From: an uncultured virus (IMG/VR IMGVR_UViG_3300042486_000977)
Taxonomy: Duplodnaviria; Heunggongvirae; Uroviricota; Caudoviricetes
Strand: one strand, 5' to 3'
IMG/VR virus record: IMGVR_UViG_3300042486_000977
Length of the DNA: 64,000 nt
The notes under the pieces were generated by a model, which worked only from the letters and a program-made list of their open reading frames with translations, was not told the origin of the DNA and made no database searches. Positions within the stretch are counted from its first letter, which is position 1. The number at the start of each line of letters is the position of its first letter. A program made the position numbers and the translations under genes. Positions 61,098 through 64,000 of the stretch are shown in pieces.

Positions 61098-63454
61098 GTA
61101 CAGTACAGAATATAAGAAATACGACTTTATCAGGTTTAAATTTTTTTTTAGACCCTGCAAATCCTAAATCAATTCCTGTGATTCCATCTATAAATTTGAT
61201 GGTACAGAGTCAAAACTTTACATCTGCCAATTGGTTAAAAGTAAGAAGTTCGGTAACCGCAAGTGCTACCACGGCACCTGATGGTTCATTGACAGGTACT
61301 AAATTAATTAACGACATATCTAATGATTCTCATTACGTTAGGTCGGATGGGTATACATTTTCGTCAGGAGATACATACACTATTAGCTATTATGCAAAAT
61401 CATCAGAACTATCTTGGGTTGCGATACAAATAAATGAAAATAGTGTCATTTTTCCTACAACATACACTAATCTAAGTGGTGGTTCATTAGGTAATATTGG
61501 TGCAGGGGTTACTGCGTCAATAGAAAATGTGGGGGATGGATGGTATCGTACTTCATTAACAAGAACTGTCGTAAATGCGGGTTTATCTTATTTTGCAATA
61601 TTGACAAGTACGGGTAATGGGATTCCATCTTATTCAGGAAATGGAACATCAGGTGTGTTTATTTGGGGGGTTCAGTTGGAACGTCTCCCATTCTCAACCC
61701 CGTATATACCAACTACAACAACATCCGCAAGTAGAAGTACGGTCTATGATTTAAGTAATTCTTCAAACACTTGTAATTTAGCGAACGGAACCTTATATAA
61801 TTCATCTAATGTGGGTAATTTCTTATTTGACGCTACTGATGACTATATTAATCTAACAAACTATTTTAGTGCAACAACTTGGAGTGTAAATTATTTTACG
61901 AAATTTAATATATCAAAAATAAAAACAACACAACAAGGAGTTCTAAATAGAAACTCAGTTGTTAATTCGGATGGAAGATTACTTTTAGAATTAACATACG
62001 TATCAAATGTAAATCAAATTTTACTCGATTCAAGTGGGAACATTTTTATTTCCGGATGGTTTGTTGAATACAATGGGGTTGAAAGACAATTTATAGTTAA
62101 ATTAACTTCAACCGGGTCTTTAATACCTGAGTTTAATGCGGGTTTATCTATTAACCAAACACAACTTGTAACTTGTATTGGATTTAACTCTTCAGGTGAT
62201 TTATTATATGGAGGGTATAATTTAGGAAATCTTAGAAGAATTAATTCAACAACAGGTACATTACAGCAAACAATTGCAACAGTAAACGCTACTATAATAC
62301 AATCTAAATTTATAATAGACAACGCAAACGATAAAATTTATGTTGGTGGTTGGTTTACATCAATACAAGGAACTAATGCTCAAAGATTAGCTCGTCTTAA
62401 TTTATCTGCGATGACCATTGACACTTCGTTCAACACAACGACAGGATTTGTCAATGATGAAGATGTTCAAGATATGATATTACAACCTGATGGTAAATTA
62501 ATTGTTTTAGGTCGATTTACAAGTTATAAAGGAGTTTCTATTAATAGGATAGTTAGATTAAACTCGGATGCCAGTATTGACCCAACTTTTCAAACATCAG
62601 GTGCAACATTTGGGTTTAATGGTAATATATCAAGAAACTGCACAGTTTTACAATCCGATGGAAAAGTAATTGTTGGAGGAGCGTTTACGACATATAGTGG
62701 AGTAACACGCAATAGAATTATTAGATTAAATTCTGACGGTACAATTGACAATACATTCACAATTGGGTCTGGTTTTAATAGTGATGTAACTTGTGTTGCG
62801 TTACAATCGGACGGAAAGATTTTGGTTGGTGGAAGTTTTGGAACATATAGTGGAATAACAAGTAGTGATAGAATTATTAGATTAAATTCAAACGGTACTA
62901 AAGACACCACCTTTACAGCATCAACTAATTCAACTGTAACATCAATTACTATTCAAAATGACGGAAAAATTTTAATAGGAGGCGGTAGTATCACACAGGT
63001 TAATAGTGTTAATGTAAATCAAGTTTGTCGTTTGAATACAAACGGTTCCATCGACAATACTTTTTCTGCGGGAACAGGTATATTAGGGGCATATAGGTTT
63101 AATTGTCAAATTAATTATTCATCCGCAGTTTCAACAATAACACAACAAATTTTCTATGGTTATAAAACTGCTACTGATTGGCGTAAATATGAAGTTATAG
63201 GTGACTTACTTTCAAATAAATGGTTTAATATGTGTGTAACAAAAAGTACAGGTAACACCATATCCGTATATTACGATGGAACACTTTACCAAAGTGCCAC
63301 CCCATCTACAGTATTTTCAACAAACAACATAACAAATAGAATTGGTCCGGCAAATGGTAATGTCGGTGTTATACAATACTATAACAGAGAATTATCAAGT
63401 GTGGAAGTTTTAAATAACTATCGTTCTTTTAAAGATAGATATCAAATTACGTAG
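61094..63454 (+). CDS. LamG-like protein with inserted jelly-roll domain and delta-60 (DUF5122-like) beta-propeller repeats
   Basis: LamG-type termini; WGVQLE...TPYIPTT insert; repeats of LQ(S/P)DGKI.VGG.F..Y.G...NRIIRLNSDG.ID.TF. Confidence 0.8.
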   Translation: MSTVQNIRNTTLSGLNFFLDPANPKSIPVIPSINLMVQSQNFTSANWLKVRSSVTASATTAPDGSLTGTKLINDISNDSHYVRSDGYTFSSGDTYTISYYAKSSELSWVAIQINENSVIFPTTYTNLSGGSLGNIGAGVTASIENVGDGWYRTSLTRTVVNAGLSYFAILTSTGNGIPSYSGNGTSGVFIWGVQLERLPFSTPYIPTTTTSASRSTVYDLSNSSNTCNLANGTLYNSSNVGNFLFDATDDYINLTNYFSATTWSVNYFTKFNISKIKTTQQGVLNRNSVVNSDGRLLLELTYVSNVNQILLDSSGNIFISGWFVEYNGVERQFIVKLTSTGSLIPEFNAGLSINQTQLVTCIGFNSSGDLLYGGYNLGNLRRINSTTGTLQQTIATVNATIIQSKFIIDNANDKIYVGGWFTSIQGTNAQRLARLNLSAMTIDTSFNTTTGFVNDEDVQDMILQPDGKLIVLGRFTSYKGVSINRIVRLNSDASIDPTFQTSGATFGFNGNISRNCTVLQSDGKVIVGGAFTTYSGVTRNRIIRLNSDGTIDNTFTIGSGFNSDVTCVALQSDGKILVGGSFGTYSGITSSDRIIRLNSNGTKDTTFTASTNSTVTSITIQNDGKILIGGGSITQVNSVNVNQVCRLNTNGSIDNTFSAGTGILGAYRFNCQINYSSAVSTITQQIFYGYKTATDWRKYEVIGDLLSNKWFNMCVTKSTGNTISVYYDGTLYQSATPSTVFSTNNITNRIGPANGNVGVIQYYNRELSSVEVLNNYRSFKDRYQIT

Positions 63455-63477
63455 TATTTATAGTAAACATTATTACT

Positions 63478-63729
63478 ATGAACATAGAAATTCAACCAGT
63501 TATTGTACCGACAAAAGGAACAGGTACACAATTTAATTTAGATTCTCTTAAATTTTCGATGTTTCCAACATCAGTTCCATTCTATTGGCAAGTGCTAACA
63601 ACTGAAGGTGTTACAGTTTTGGAAGGTAACCTATATATGGACGAACAAACATACTCAGGATGGTCAAACGATGATAACTATGCAATTGATTGGGCTTTAA
63701 ATGAGATAGGATTACAAAGAGTTGTTTAA
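63478..63729 (+). CDS. hypothetical protein (fibre-associated)
   Basis: 83-aa ORF with TATTTAT 16 nt upstream. Confidence 0.7.
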   Translation: MNIEIQPVIVPTKGTGTQFNLDSLKFSMFPTSVPFYWQVLTTEGVTVLEGNLYMDEQTYSGWSNDDNYAIDWALNEIGLQRVV

Positions 63730-63771
63730 TCATATATATATAATAATCTTGGATAGGGAAAAGATTTAATT

Positions 63772-64000
63772 ATGCCAAACGAATTTAATATAAAAAATGG
63801 TTTCATAACCAGCGGTAATTCTAATGTTTACGCAAATCTAAATGTAACAGGTGGATTAACTGCAACAACAATATCCGCAACAACATATTTTAATTTACCT
63901 TTTTCAGGGAGTGTCATCGGTAGTGGAACAACGGGTTATTTACCAAAATGGACAGGTTCAACAGGTTTAAGTAACTCTTTAGTTTACGACTCAACAACAG
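63772..64000 (+). CDS. tail fibre-like protein, N-terminus (3'-truncated by window)
   Basis: Open to the window end: MPNEFNIKNGF...GGLTATTISATTY...GSGTTGYLPKWTGSTGLSNS. Shares the GG.(S/T)ATTISA.T motif with the 1541-aa fibre. Confidence 0.7.
   Translation, partial: MPNEFNIKNGFITSGNSNVYANLNVTGGLTATTISATTYFNLPFSGSVIGSGTTGYLPKWTGSTGLSNSLVYDSTT

Noticed and set aside
528..62910. Short antisense or alternate-frame ORFs in the track (e.g. 910-1212, 26278-26634, 56364-56714, 62590-62910)
   Set aside because: They lie wholly within longer well-supported genes and mirror their codon or repeat bias; treated as shadow ORFs.
54754..63454. Diversity-generating retroelement or invertible fibre cassette
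   Set aside because: No reverse transcriptase, recombinase, adenine-specific TR/VR pair or flanking inverted repeats seen in the window.
1..64000. Stop-codon reassignment as in some large phages
   Set aside because: Genes up to 2099 aa are uninterrupted in the standard code, and TAA, TGA and TAG all end genes at sensible positions.

Overview
The window is an AT-rich, densely coding segment of a large T4-like (contractile-tailed, probably jumbo) bacteriophage genome that reads in the standard genetic code. In order it holds: the 3' end of a family-B DNA polymerase; neck genes with a Mn-type superoxide dismutase and a SNF2 helicase; a tail module (sheath, tube, gp26-like chaperone, tape measure, very large hub proteins); a replication block (gp32-like SSB, UvsX/RecA, 5'-3' exonuclease, DnaB-like helicase, nrdB, nrdA); a flavodoxin-fold protein; baseplate wedge genes; and an adhesin/fibre region (SprB-like repeats, PT linker, Cys-rich Gly-repeat fibre, LamG-like paralogs, delta-60 propeller). 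SprB-like repeats, nrdB-nrdA of the eukaryote-like class Ia type and SD-less A-rich leaders suggest a Bacteroidota host (inference). Main leads: (1) a probable programmed +1 frameshift at TTT-TTT-CGG that extends the tail chaperone just before the tape measure gene; (2) a sense-strand TATTTAT motif, the reverse complement of the T4 late box, often only 4-5 nt before the ATG; (3) redox and phosphatase enzymes under that motif that carry [ILV]-x-E propeptide-like N-termini, suggesting capsid-packaged cargo. All family assignments come from motif recognition by eye; no database searches were run. No tRNA, rRNA, CRISPR array, intron or intein was recognised.
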